In this document: positions 38,994 through 48,593 of the stretch, in pieces
How positions within the stretch are numbered: the first letter of the stretch is position 1
Layout of the letters: every line of letters starts with the position of its first letter
Source: an uncultured Verrucomicrobiae bacterium
Lineage (GTDB): Bacteria > Verrucomicrobiota > Verrucomicrobiia > Limisphaerales > Palsa-1400
DNA length: 64,000 nucleotides
Assembly: GCA_963707025.1 (NCBI GenBank)
Contig: CAVPOM010000016.1
Coordinates: 64,001 to 128,000 of the forward strand
Direction of reading: 5' to 3'
Program-made: the position numbers and the translations under genes
Notes under the pieces: generated by a model
Seen by the model: the letters and a program-made list of their open reading frames with translations, nothing else
What the model was told of the DNA's origin: nothing
Databases searched by the model: none

Positions 38994-41900
38994 CTATTGC
39001 AGTCGCAGAATGTAAAAGCGTTGCGCAAGCCTTGGGTCAACGGCGTTGGTGGCGGTCATGGTGAAGTTGCCTCCGGCGTTCAGGCATTGGACGGCCATGG
39101 GCGTCCACTGGCTCAACGGCTGCGCCAGGTTGGTGCTCATCAGCACGCAATAAGTTCCGCCCAATTGCCCGCCGGTGGCGTTGAGCGCCAGGTCCATTCC
39201 CGAAACCGTCGGGCAAAACGCCATGTCCGTTATGCAGGGCGGCGGGCGGTTCGCCAACACGACGCTGACGTTGTCCAAGCCGAAATACAGCGATGCTTCA
39301 AACGCAATTTGCAGCGCCGCGCTGGTTCCGCCGGCGGTGACGGCCACTTGCACATTTGTCCAGCCCGGGGCGGCGAAGTTCGTCACTCCCCAGACCGTAT
39401 GGCCGTCCCATGAAACCAGCAATTGGTTGACACTGTTTCCCACCGGATTGTTCAGCCAGAAGGACAGCAGGTAATCGGCGCCCGGCGTCGTGGCCAGGGT
39501 CTGGGAAAGAGTGGTGAGAAACCCAAACGTCCCGGCCAGCATCGCGCCGTAATTCCCCGAGTGAACAAATTGGGGGGCGCTGTACACGCCGGCGTAACTC
39601 ATCATGCCGCCGCTGGTCCACGCCGTGAAATCCCCCGTTTCAAAGTCGCCGTTCCACACCAAACCCGAACAGGTCCCCGCCACGCAAATGGCCGCCGGGC
39701 CGGCGCACTCCACCATCACGCCAAGATTGTTGCTGGCGACGAGACCCGGCAAAAAATTTCCGGCGTTCGTATAAAAATGCAGAGGGTTTCGCCCGGTCCC
39801 AACGGAACCGTCGCCGAAATCCCAACTCCAGGAAACCATCCTGTTCCCGCTGCTGTCCAGGTCAGGGCAAACAAATTGGACCGTCAAGGGCGCGCCGCCG
39901 GTGGCCGGATTGGCCGTGAATTCCGCCGTGGGCAACGCCACCGCAATCTGCGGTCCGAAACCAACCACCATGCCGCCCTGGTTGTTGCTCGCCACCAGGC
40001 TCGGCGCGAAGACCCCGCCCGTGACATACGTGTAAACCGGATTTCGCTGCGCGCTGGAGGAGCCGTCGCCGAAACTCCAGTTCCAATTGGTCAGCGGCGC
40101 GCCAAGGCCGTCGGTTCCAGGTCCGGCAAATGCCACCGTCACCGGCGCCATGCCGTTGGTCGGACTCGCCGTGAACAGGACCGGAGGAGCCGCCGTCAAC
40201 AGGCTGAACGTGAACAAGGCCCCGTCCCCGTTGCTTCCGCCATCATAGGCGGCCCCATAAACTGTGTCCCCGGACAACACCATCCCGGCCTGCGGATTGG
40301 CCCCGTCCAGGTTCGTGCCCGAAACCAGCGCCGTAAAGGCGCAAAGATTGGCGAAGCCCGTCCCGTTGGTGCCAATGCTGAAGATCGTGCCGCCTCCCCC
40401 GGAACCGCCCTTCGAGGCCGTCCCATACAGTGTCGCCCCGCATAAAGTCAGCCCGGCGGCTGGCGCCGCCCCGTCACTGTTGAGGTAATTCCCGCTGGCA
40501 GGATCATAGGAGGCGACGGCAAATTGATGCAGCGTGCTGAAGCCGCTGCCGTCAGTATTGACCTTGAACACCGTGCCCCCGCCCGCGGCGCTGCCCGTGA
40601 ACGTCGTCCCATAGAGGACGCCCCCGGCGAACAGCAACTCCCCACTTGGGCTGGAGCCGTCAATGTTGTTGGTGAAACCGTGCAAGACGGTGAAGCCCGA
40701 GCCGTTGGTATTGAGCTTGAAAACGGTGCCGCCGCCCATGGCGCCGCCTTGCGAGGCCGTTCCATAAAGAGTGTCCCCGGCCAGGATCATCGCCGCCACC
40801 GGATAAGCCCCCTCGCCGTTGGTCATGTTCCCGCTGACAGGGTCCCAGACGCTGGCGGCAAAGTTGTGAATCTGAATGAAACCCGAACCGTCGCTGTTCA
40901 TCTGGAAGATCGTTCCAGTGCCAGCGGAGCCTCCCTCCTCGGTCGTCCCGTAGAGCGTATTGCCGGCCAACACCACTCCGTTGGGCATGCCGCCATCAGC
41001 TCCATTGGTGAACCGGTGCAGCGCGGTGAAACCCGACCCGTTGGTGTTGAGCTTGAACACCGTTCCCGACCCGAAGCCGGCGCCGCCTTGGGTGGCCGTT
41101 CCGTAAAGCGTGTCGCCCGACAACACCAGTCGCGACCGGGGGTCCGCCCCATCGCTGTTGGTGTAATACATTTGCACAATGGCGCTGAACTCATAAAGGT
41201 TGCTGAATCCGGAGCCATCCGTATTCACGGCAAAAATCGTTCCAGACCCGCCGTTGCCACCCCCCGTCATGGCTCCGTAAAGCCGGTTGCCCCCGATCAC
41301 CAGGCCGGCCGCCGGATGCGTCCCGTCCAGGTTGGTGAAACCGCCGCTGGAAGGATCATAGCCCCCGCCTCCGCCGCCGAAAACATGAACCGCGGAGTGG
41401 CCCGCCGAAATCTGCGGCCCATAGGCGATGATGCCCGCTCCTTTCTTATTGGTCACAACCAGCGCCGGGGCAAACACCCCGGCGCTGGCATAGATGTGCG
41501 TCGGATTCTGCGCCGTGCTCGTGGCCCCGTCGCCAAAACTCCAGTTCCAGTTGGTGATGCCGTTCGTCTGGCTGTCCATCCCCGGCCCGCCAAACTGCAC
41601 CGGCAACGGCGCCGGACCATTGCTCGGCACGGCGGTGAAGAAGATCGGCGGCGGCAACACGCCGACCTTCGGCCCATTGGAGCTGATCATCGTGCCCCAG
41701 ACATTGGTCACGGTGAGCTTGGGCGAAAAGGTCTGGATCTTGGTGTAAATATGATTCATTGACACCGGCTGATCCGGACTCCGATCAACAAAGCTCGTGC
41801 CGTCGCCAAAATCCCACTTCCAACTCACGATGGCGTTGTCCGCGCTGTCCACCGCCGGGAAGGTGAAATGAACGGACAGCGGCACGAAGCCATTGGTCGG

Positions 41901-42953
41901 CGTCACGGTGAACTGCACCGTGGGCAGCGACACCGTAATGTTGGAGTCGCCCACGCCCTGCACCGCGGTGCCACTGAGGTTGGTGGCGGTGAGCGTGACC
42001 GAAAACGTTCCGGTGTTGGAAGACGATCCGCCGTTGGTGGACTTTGGGGTGTTGGTGTAGGTGTGCGATATCATTTGTCCTGTGCCGTTCGTGCCATCGC
42101 CGAAGTTCCATGTCCAATTGGTGATCGTGTTGCTCCCGCTGTCCACGCCGGCCGAACTGAAGTGAACCGTCAGCGGCACCAACCCGTTGGTCGTGTCGGC
42201 GGTGAACGCCACCGTCAGATGGTCGGGGACGTATGCCAGAGTGACCGAATTGTTGGCGTTGGCCTCGCCCGTCCCCGACCCCGGGGCCGCCCCGTAGTTC
42301 CATGCGTTCTGCACCGTGACGTTGGTCGTAATCGTCTGGTTCCAGGCTTTGGTGCTGTCCTGCATGGCAAATTGGAAGCACTGCACTTCGTCCATGGCCT
42401 GCACCGTGGACGGCCCGCCCAGCGTTTCGTCCCCATAGTAGCCGTTGGTGGTCAGCGCGAAAAACGCCCCGCCGGACCACTGTCCGAGAACCACCGCCTC
42501 GCAGGTTCCTTTGAATTGGCCCGCGTCTGGCGCATTGCCCATCGTCACACAAGCGTTGGTGGCGTTGAACTGCGGATCGCTCTCGTAAGTCGAGCTCCTG
42601 GGTGTCTCAGTACCGTCCACCCACTCGTCACCCGCCCAGCTTCCGGAGGCTGACTCCGCCGCACTGGAGCTGATCAGGCTGCCCATCATCAGATTGGTCT
42701 CCGTCTGTAACACCACATATTTTGCCTGCCCGGTGATGGCAGCCTGCAGCACCTCATCCGTGTCCCAGCCGCCGATGCTGGCGATCCCCCAACTGTCCGA
42801 CCCGGAGCCGCTGGCCGTCATGGTATAGTTGACGGTGAGCACGCCCACCCGATTCGTCCAGGCGAAGGCGGCGGACGGTGCAAGGCAGAGCGTGGCGAGC
42901 GCCAGCACAGCCAGCCGTCCGGCGATGATGTGGTTTGCTTTCTTTGGTTTCAC
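38994..42953 (-). CDS. Large secreted protein with multiple PKD domains and GloVer-like tandem repeats
   Basis: Signal peptide; five W.W.FGDG PKD motifs; repeated DG..P...L...G.TLYGT...GG..G.GT(V/I)F..NT.G.GF..LH.F; C-terminal RFY.L. Confidence 0.85.
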   Translation of the reverse strand: MKPKKANHIIAGRLAVLALATLCLAPSAAFAWTNRVGVLTVNYTMTASGSGSDSWGIASIGGWDTDEVLQAAITGQAKYVVLQTETNLMMGSLISSSAAESASGSWAGDEWVDGTETPRSSTYESDPQFNATNACVTMGNAPDAGQFKGTCEAVVLGQWSGGAFFALTTNGYYGDETLGGPSTVQAMDEVQCFQFAMQDSTKAWNQTITTNVTVQNAWNYGAAPGSGTGEANANNSVTLAYVPDHLTVAFTADTTNGLVPLTVHFSSAGVDSGSNTITNWTWNFGDGTNGTGQMISHTYTNTPKSTNGGSSSNTGTFSVTLTATNLSGTAVQGVGDSNITVSLPTVQFTVTPTNGFVPLSVHFTFPAVDSADNAIVSWKWDFGDGTSFVDRSPDQPVSMNHIYTKIQTFSPKLTVTNVWGTMISSNGPKVGVLPPPIFFTAVPSNGPAPLPVQFGGPGMDSQTNGITNWNWSFGDGATSTAQNPTHIYASAGVFAPALVVTNKKGAGIIAYGPQISAGHSAVHVFGGGGGGYDPSSGGFTNLDGTHPAAGLVIGGNRLYGAMTGGGNGGSGTIFAVNTDGSGFSNLYEFSAIVQMYYTNSDGADPRSRLVLSGDTLYGTATQGGAGFGSGTVFKLNTNGSGFTALHRFTNGADGGMPNGVVLAGNTLYGTTEEGGSAGTGTIFQMNSDGSGFIQIHNFAASVWDPVSGNMTNGEGAYPVAAMILAGDTLYGTASQGGAMGGGTVFKLNTNGSGFTVLHGFTNNIDGSSPSGELLFAGGVLYGTTFTGSAAGGGTVFKVNTDGSGFSTLHQFAVASYDPASGNYLNSDGAAPAAGLTLCGATLYGTASKGGSGGGGTIFSIGTNGTGFANLCAFTALVSGTNLDGANPQAGMVLSGDTVYGAAYDGGSNGDGALFTFSLLTAAPPVLFTASPTNGMAPVTVAFAGPGTDGLGAPLTNWNWSFGDGSSSAQRNPVYTYVTGGVFAPSLVASNNQGGMVVGFGPQIAVALPTAEFTANPATGGAPLTVQFVCPDLDSSGNRMVSWSWDFGDGSVGTGRNPLHFYTNAGNFLPGLVASNNLGVMVECAGPAAICVAGTCSGLVWNGDFETGDFTAWTSGGMMSYAGVYSAPQFVHSGNYGAMLAGTFGFLTTLSQTLATTPGADYLLSFWLNNPVGNSVNQLLVSWDGHTVWGVTNFAAPGWTNVQVAVTAGGTSAALQIAFEASLYFGLDNVSVVLANRPPPCITDMAFCPTVSGMDLALNATGGQLGGTYCVLMSTNLAQPLSQWTPMAVQCLNAGGNFTMTATNAVDPRLAQRFYILRLQ

Positions 42954-43278
42954 ATCGGTCCTCGGTTTGTCGTTGACAGCGGTGCGGAAGCTCCGGCAGT
43001 AATTCGCTCGTCCGGTGGAACAGGTTGACTGGGCTTGGTGAGCAAACAAGGAACGCCAATGAGGATTCGCATTCTACATTTATCCGGGATTTCGAGAAGG
43101 AATTCTCAACTTCTTTTGCTGAAGATTCCCCATCCTTTGCTCCAGCTATACGGGCGGAACAGCCCGCGCCATGACCCCCGGCTTTGGCGGCGCGGCAGCC
43201 CCGCGGATTCGGGGTTTTGTTTCAGCCGGCTCCCCAACAAAAAACTTGCCCCCGGCTTGCGACCCCCTTCTCGCCCCT

Positions 43279-44046
43279 TCATTTCAGCCACGCGTCGTAA
43301 GAAAGTTTCAGGGCCAGGGCGATGACCATGGTGATGAAGACGGGACGGATGAATTTGGTCCCCCGGCTCACCACCATCCCCGAACCGATTCTCGCCCCGA
43401 TCAACTCGCCCGCCCCCATGATCAATCCCGCCCGCCATTCCACCTGACCCGCGCACAGAAACAAACCGAGCGAGGTCGCGTTGCTGGCGAAGTTCATGAC
43501 CTTGGTGTAGCCGGTCGCCTTGGTCAGGTTGAACCCCAGGCCCAGCATGAACGCCATGGTCCAAAACGTCCCCACCCCAGGCCCGAAAAAACCGTCGTAG
43601 AATCCGAGCAGCAATCCGGCCAGCGCGTAAAACCAGGGCCAGCCCATGCGCGGGTGAATGTCCTTCTCCCCCAGTTCGGGCTTGAACAGCATCCCAAGCG
43701 CAATGACCAAGAGCAGCGCCGGCAGCGCCCGCCGCAACAACTCCCGGTCCAGATGCTGCACCAGCAGCGTGCCGGCCGCCGCGCCCAACACGGTGCAAAG
43801 GATGCCCGTCTTGCATTGGCGCGGCGAGACCGTTCCCAGCCGGGCATAATTCCACGAGGCGCTGGCCGAGCCGAAGACCGCCTGCAGCTTGTTGGTGGCC
43901 AGGGACGCTTCCACCGGCACGCCCACTCCCAGCAGCACCGGCCACGTAATCAGCCCGCCGCCCCCCGCCACCGAGTCCACAAAACCGGCCAGCAAACCGG
44001 TCGCAAACAAAACGGGAGTCGTCCACCATAAAACGGGCGCAGTCAT
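43279..44046 (-). CDS. TSUP (TauE/SafE) family membrane transporter
   Basis: AGFVDS.AGGGGLI, ATNKLQ and GFYDGFFGPG.GTF motifs. Confidence 0.9.
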   Translation of the reverse strand: MTAPVLWWTTPVLFATGLLAGFVDSVAGGGGLITWPVLLGVGVPVEASLATNKLQAVFGSASASWNYARLGTVSPRQCKTGILCTVLGAAAGTLLVQHLDRELLRRALPALLLVIALGMLFKPELGEKDIHPRMGWPWFYALAGLLLGFYDGFFGPGVGTFWTMAFMLGLGFNLTKATGYTKVMNFASNATSLGLFLCAGQVEWRAGLIMGAGELIGARIGSGMVVSRGTKFIRPVFITMVIALALKLSYDAWLK

Positions 44047-44055
44047 CAGCGATGG

Positions 44056-45032
44056 TCAAGGTTTCCAGTGGTCCGCTCCGCCGAGAACATTTTCCACCGT
44101 ATAAGCCGCGGCCTGTTCGGGGGTCAGTTGCCGGCTCCAGGCCGCGCGCTGATTCGTCCCGGCCCCCGGCCCGGTGTTTTGAAATTCCGCGTAGCGCGCC
44201 GTTTTTTCGTTGGCGGCGTTTCTCCAATTGTCCCAGCCCTCCGGCCGGATGACCTCCGCCATTTCCGTATGCAAAAAAGTCACGCTGGCGAAGGGCCGCC
44301 ACGGCCGGCCCAGAAACGTCGGCCCCGCGCCGCTCGCCCCGGTGATGGTGCAGCGGGAAAAGACGAAACCGAATGGCTGCTCGGCGGGGGTGGAAGCCGC
44401 CGTGATATAGCTTTTGGCCAGGCAATGAAGGTGGCAATCCTCGAAAAACGAAGTGGCCGCGCCGAAGATGAAATCGGTGGCCCCGGCGATGTAGCAGTGC
44501 GCGTAATAATGGCGGCCGCGATTGTCCAGAATCGTGTCCTGCCAGCCCAGAAAACGGCAGTTGCGAAAACTCACCCGGTCGCCGTCCACCCGGATGGCCA
44601 GGGCCTGGCCTTTCGGGCCGGCCGGTTTTCGAACGTGAGATTTTCGGCGGAAAAATCATCTGCGTCAATATAAGTGGAAGCCGTGCGGAAGGTGCCGATG
44701 GGCTGGCCGTCCGGCCCGGCCATGCTGGCGAACAGATCGCAAGTCAGAATCGTTTTTTCGGCGTCCTCGCCGAGGAGATGGACGTACCGCTTTTCCCGCT
44801 GCACATAGACCGCCTGCTTGTAAGTGCCGGGCTTGATGTGGATGAAGACCTGGTTGGAGGTGCTGGTGTTCTGGGGTGTGGCGTTGATCGCTGCCTGCAC
44901 CGATTGAAACGGCGCGCTGCCATCCGCGGCGACCAGAAGGTTGGTGTCCGCCCGGGCCGGTGCGACAAGAAGAAAAACGCCGAGGCACGGGCCCAAAAAT
45001 CTCCCGGCGCAGGCCTTTTGCTTCGGCCTCAT
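44056..45032 (-). CDS. Pectinesterase (CE8), frameshift near 44620
   Basis: VAADGS..F.SVQAAINA, IKPGTY, GTFRTAS, GWQDT, G.TDFIFG and LGRPWR motifs. Confidence 0.88.
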
Positions 45033-45073
45033 AGAACGGCAGGGCTGGCTGCTGAAGAAAAGCCCCGACGCCT

Positions 45074-45195
45074 TCTCCCTCTCCTCCGAGGAGAGGGCCG
45101 GGGTGAGGTCGAGCTTCTTATCTCCGCGCAGCGCCAATTTGACCAATTCCCACACCCCTCCACACACCTGTGGAGGAGAGGGCCGGGGAGAGGAG
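45074..45195. repeat. CCCTCTCC...GGAGAGGG-type palindromic repeat pair
   Basis: CCCTCTCCTCCGAGGAGAGGGCCGGGGTGAGG and GGAGGAGAGGGCCGGGGAGAGG; related unit at ~10225-10256. Confidence 0.7.
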
Positions 45196-45383
45196 GCTCC
45201 CACCCTCTCATCCGGCCGTGCTTGAGCAAGCCGTGATACAGCGTTCTTTTCTTTAAATTTCATCTGAGTGGCGATGCCCGGATTGTAGATGGCTGGCCTG
45301 AAGAATGCCAAGCCATTCTGGCCGCCGCCAGGGAACCGTGCGCATTTCCCATCATTGGGCATCCGCTCCCGATCTCAAAGTCA

Positions 45384-45527
45384 AAGGGGTCAAACCATAT
45401 ATTTGCACTATTTGCACTGTTTCGCGCTTGCCACCCTCTGTTCTTAGCGGCACCGTGGACCGATGCCACGGCAATTGCGCAGTGAGTATCCCGGGGCGAT
45501 CTATCATGTCCTGAGCCGAGGAAATCG
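45384..45527 (+). pseudogene. Truncated 5' end (TIR + first ~22 codons) of the HUH transposase element
   Basis: Near-copy of 47453-47596; encodes MPRQLRSEYPGAIYHVLSRGNR then diverges. Confidence 0.85.
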
Positions 45528-45824
45528 TTGAAGGAGTCAAGCCCGGAAAGCTCAGTATGTGATTATGAATATAATTCAGAATTCCTCGCTTGACCCCTTT
45601 AGCCTTTAAGGCCCCATTACACTTTACCAACGCACGGATACCGTGGCCGAAATTCCAAAAGCAAAACAAGGGGGGAGCGGTGGCTCCGTTTTATGCGGGG
45701 ACTTGGTTCGGGCGCTCACCGATGAAGCGGCTCCTGCGATTGCTTATCATTGGGGAGTAAGTTGCCTTAATACGGGGTGAACGCCCCATAGCGCCGGCAA
45801 GTGCTTGGTGCTTAAGTTCGTGCC

Positions 45825-46316
45825 ATGAACGACGACGAAATCCGGCCAACGGGAGCGCGACGGCGAAGCCAAACGCGTCCGTGCCATCGCATTCTCGTGG
45901 CGGATGATGAGACCGAAATACGCCAACTTATGACCGTGGTGCTGGCTCACTCCGGCTACCACGTTGATGCCGCTGAAGATGGCGCCATCGCTTGGGCGGC
46001 GCTTCAGGCCAAACCCTACGACCTGCTCATCACCGACCACAACATGCCAAAAGTCACGGGCGTTGAACTGGTCAGATACTTGCGTTCCGCCAACATGGCT
46101 CTGCCGGTCGTCATGGTCACGGGAACAGTGCCCGCACACGAACTGGCTCAAAACCCTTCGCTTCAACTTGCGGCCACGCTGGAGAAGCCCTTTGCCATTG
46201 CTGAGTTGCTGGACACGGTGGAAAACGCCTTGCGGGCGACCAAGAGCTTGCGCGAGCAGATCCATCCACTGCCGCGCTGGAGAAGCCAACCTTCGGGCGA
46301 CGTTTTACAGCTATGA
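45825..46316 (+). CDS. Single-domain response regulator receiver
   Basis: ILVADDE, DLLITD..MP..TG and LEKPF motifs. Confidence 0.88.
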   Translation: MNDDEIRPTGARRRSQTRPCHRILVADDETEIRQLMTVVLAHSGYHVDAAEDGAIAWAALQAKPYDLLITDHNMPKVTGVELVRYLRSANMALPVVMVTGTVPAHELAQNPSLQLAATLEKPFAIAELLDTVENALRATKSLREQIHPLPRWRSQPSGDVLQL

Positions 46317-46437
46317 AGATTCCGCTCCACTGTTCAACCGGGCATAGAATTTACCCCGCCAAGCTCGAAGCTGAAAACAATGCATAAATTTCACCGCATG
46401 CCGCTTATCCTGAAGCCAACGGCAGAGTACGTAACCG

Positions 46438-47184
46438 ATGCCCCACCTGAGGCGAAGGAAGATCCAGCCTGCGGTGAACCGGGTGGAACAGGAAGATCAT
46501 TCTCAAACGGAGACTGAAACGGCCTCTGCCTCCATCCCGGTGTGGAAACGGATTGTGGATGTGACGGTAGTCGTCTTGGCCATTCCTTTCCTGATACCGC
46601 TGGGGATTCTCATTTTCACATTCATCAAGATCGTTTCCCCTGGGCCTGGCCTTTTTCGGCAACAAAGGGTGGGCCATCTGCGCCGCCGGTTTATGTGTCT
46701 GAAGTTCAGAACCATGAAAGTCAATGCCGATACCGCGGTGCATCAGACGCACTTGAAGCGGTTGATGACGGCAAACGGACAGACGCGAAAACTGGATTGC
46801 GCCGGTGATCAGCGCCTCATTCCAGGAGGATTATGGTTAAGGGCCGCAGGTGTGGACGAATTGCCGCAATTGTTTAATGTCTTGCGTGGCGAAATGAGCC
46901 TGGTTGGTCCGCGGCCATGCACGCCGTTCGAATATGGGTTGTTTTCGGAGCATCACCAGCAGCGTTGCGCTGTGCAGCCAGGCTTGACGGGCTTGTGGCA
47001 AGTCAGTGGCAAGAATGACACTACGTTCGAGGAGATGATGGCATTGGACCTGAAGTACGTGCGAGCGAGGTCCCTGTGGCTGGACTTGAAGATAATAGCA
47101 TGGACCGTTCCCGCGATTATGAAGCTGATCTGGCAAGTGAAGATCCGGCCCAAGATCGGAATCCATGCGGCAGAGAAGCGGTAG
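46438..47184 (+). CDS. Bacterial sugar transferase (priming glycosyl-1-P transferase)
   Basis: KRI.D, F.Q.RVG, KFRTM, DELPQLFNVL.GEMSLVGPRP and PG.TGLWQVSG motifs. Confidence 0.92.
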   Translation: MPHLRRRKIQPAVNRVEQEDHSQTETETASASIPVWKRIVDVTVVVLAIPFLIPLGILIFTFIKIVSPGPGLFRQQRVGHLRRRFMCLKFRTMKVNADTAVHQTHLKRLMTANGQTRKLDCAGDQRLIPGGLWLRAAGVDELPQLFNVLRGEMSLVGPRPCTPFEYGLFSEHHQQRCAVQPGLTGLWQVSGKNDTTFEEMMALDLKYVRARSLWLDLKIIAWTVPAIMKLIWQVKIRPKIGIHAAEKR

Positions 47185-47452
47185 TCCCTCGTCCGGCACT
47201 GGCGATGTGGCCAAAAAGCGCGGCAAAAACCCCCTGCGGGGATTTGTTCAACGGTCCATCCGGCGCGTTCTTGTTTTCGTTAAGCTCCTTCTTGTCGCTA
47301 TTTTCAACAAACTTTGTCCTCCCGGGTTTGAAGATGATGGGGGGTTTCATTATGGACCCCCACCCGGTGCCGGCTCGGATGGGGATTCCGACCGCGGCCA
47401 ATCCTGAGCAGTCCAAGGGGTCCAAGGGGTTACCCATTAGTCCAAGGGGTCC

Positions 47453-48503
47453 AAGGGGTCAAACCATATATTTGCACTGTTCGCACTGTTTTGCGCTTGC
47501 CACCCTCTGTTTTTTGCGGCACGATGGGCCGATGCCACGGCAATTGCGCATCGAGTATCCCGGGGCGATCTATCATGTCCTGAGCCGGGGAAATCGCCGG
47601 GAAGCCATCTTCGTTGATGATGGCGACTGCCATGATTTTATCAAAACCCTGGGCGAGGCTTGCCGGAAAACCGGCTTCCAAATTCACGCCTTTTGCCTGA
47701 TGAAAAACCATTTTCATTTGGTGGTCGAAACGCCGCAAGGCAATCTGGTGGCCGGAATGCGCTGGCTCTTGAGCACCTATTCCAACCGGTTCAATCACCG
47801 GCATGATCGGTGCGGCCATGTTTTCAGCGGGCGCTACAAAGCACTGGTGGTGGATGGCAGCGGCCGCGGGTATTTGCGCACCGTTTGCGATTACACTCAC
47901 CTCAACCCGGTCCGGGCCGGATTGTTGCCCGCGGCCAACCGGCTGCTGGAGTATCCCTGGAGCAGTTTTGGGTTCTATTTGACGGAGGCGAAACACCGGC
48001 CCCGGTGGCTGCGGGTGGACCGGTTGCTCGGCGAGCATGGCATTGCCAGGGACACGGCTTCCGGGCGGCGGGAATTTGAGGGCCGGATGGAAAGCCGCCG
48101 CGCCGGGGAGGGAGAGGCCGGCCAGTGGAAGGGGATGCGGCGCGGATGGTGCCTTGGAACCTCCGATTTCAAGAAAGGACTGCTGGAAAGGCTGCAGGGA
48201 CACTTGGGCGCAAACCACTCCGGCAGGCTGCGCCAGGAGGCGGGCCAGGCAGGCGCGGAGGCGCTGATCGCCAAGGCGCTGAGGCGGCTGGGATGGAAAG
48301 AGGAGGAATTGGGCAAGCGGGCCAAAAGCGATCCGGGCAAAGTGAGGTTGGCGGCGCAATTGCGCCAGGAGACGACCCTGACCATCGGGCAGATCGCGCA
48401 GAGGTTGCGCATGGGAACCCGCAACACTTTGGCGACAAACCTGCAAGGAAGAAAAGGCACGAACGGAGGAACGGGATAGTGCAAATATGCGGTTTGACCG
48501 CTT
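47453..48503 (+). mobile_element. TIR-flanked HUH/Y1 tyrosine transposase element (TIRYT/RAYT-like)
   Basis: AAGGGGTCAAACCATATATTTGCACT (47453-47478) vs AGTGCAAATATGCGGTTTGACCGCTT (48478-48503), imperfect inverted repeat; upstream GTCCAAGGG tandem copies. Confidence 0.8.
47532..48479 (+). CDS. REP-associated-type tyrosine transposase with C-terminal HTH
   Basis: YHV..RGN, M.NHFHL (HUH), GHVF.GRYK, Y.HLNPVRAG and YPWSS motifs. Confidence 0.9.
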   Translation: MPRQLRIEYPGAIYHVLSRGNRREAIFVDDGDCHDFIKTLGEACRKTGFQIHAFCLMKNHFHLVVETPQGNLVAGMRWLLSTYSNRFNHRHDRCGHVFSGRYKALVVDGSGRGYLRTVCDYTHLNPVRAGLLPAANRLLEYPWSSFGFYLTEAKHRPRWLRVDRLLGEHGIARDTASGRREFEGRMESRRAGEGEAGQWKGMRRGWCLGTSDFKKGLLERLQGHLGANHSGRLRQEAGQAGAEALIAKALRRLGWKEEELGKRAKSDPGKVRLAAQLRQETTLTIGQIAQRLRMGTRNTLATNLQGRKGTNGGTG

Positions 48504-48593
48504 CCACCCCTTCCACTTCCAGAAAATCGCGCAAATCCTGCGTCTCCTTTTTTGCTCGCCAAACGGCCATTCCTGGTGGACAGTATCCCTGAC

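Noticed and set aside
47076..47531. 150-aa N-terminal extension of the Y1 transposase
   Set aside because: Crosses the sugar-transferase end and the element's TIR; the family-typical start MPRQLR is at 47532
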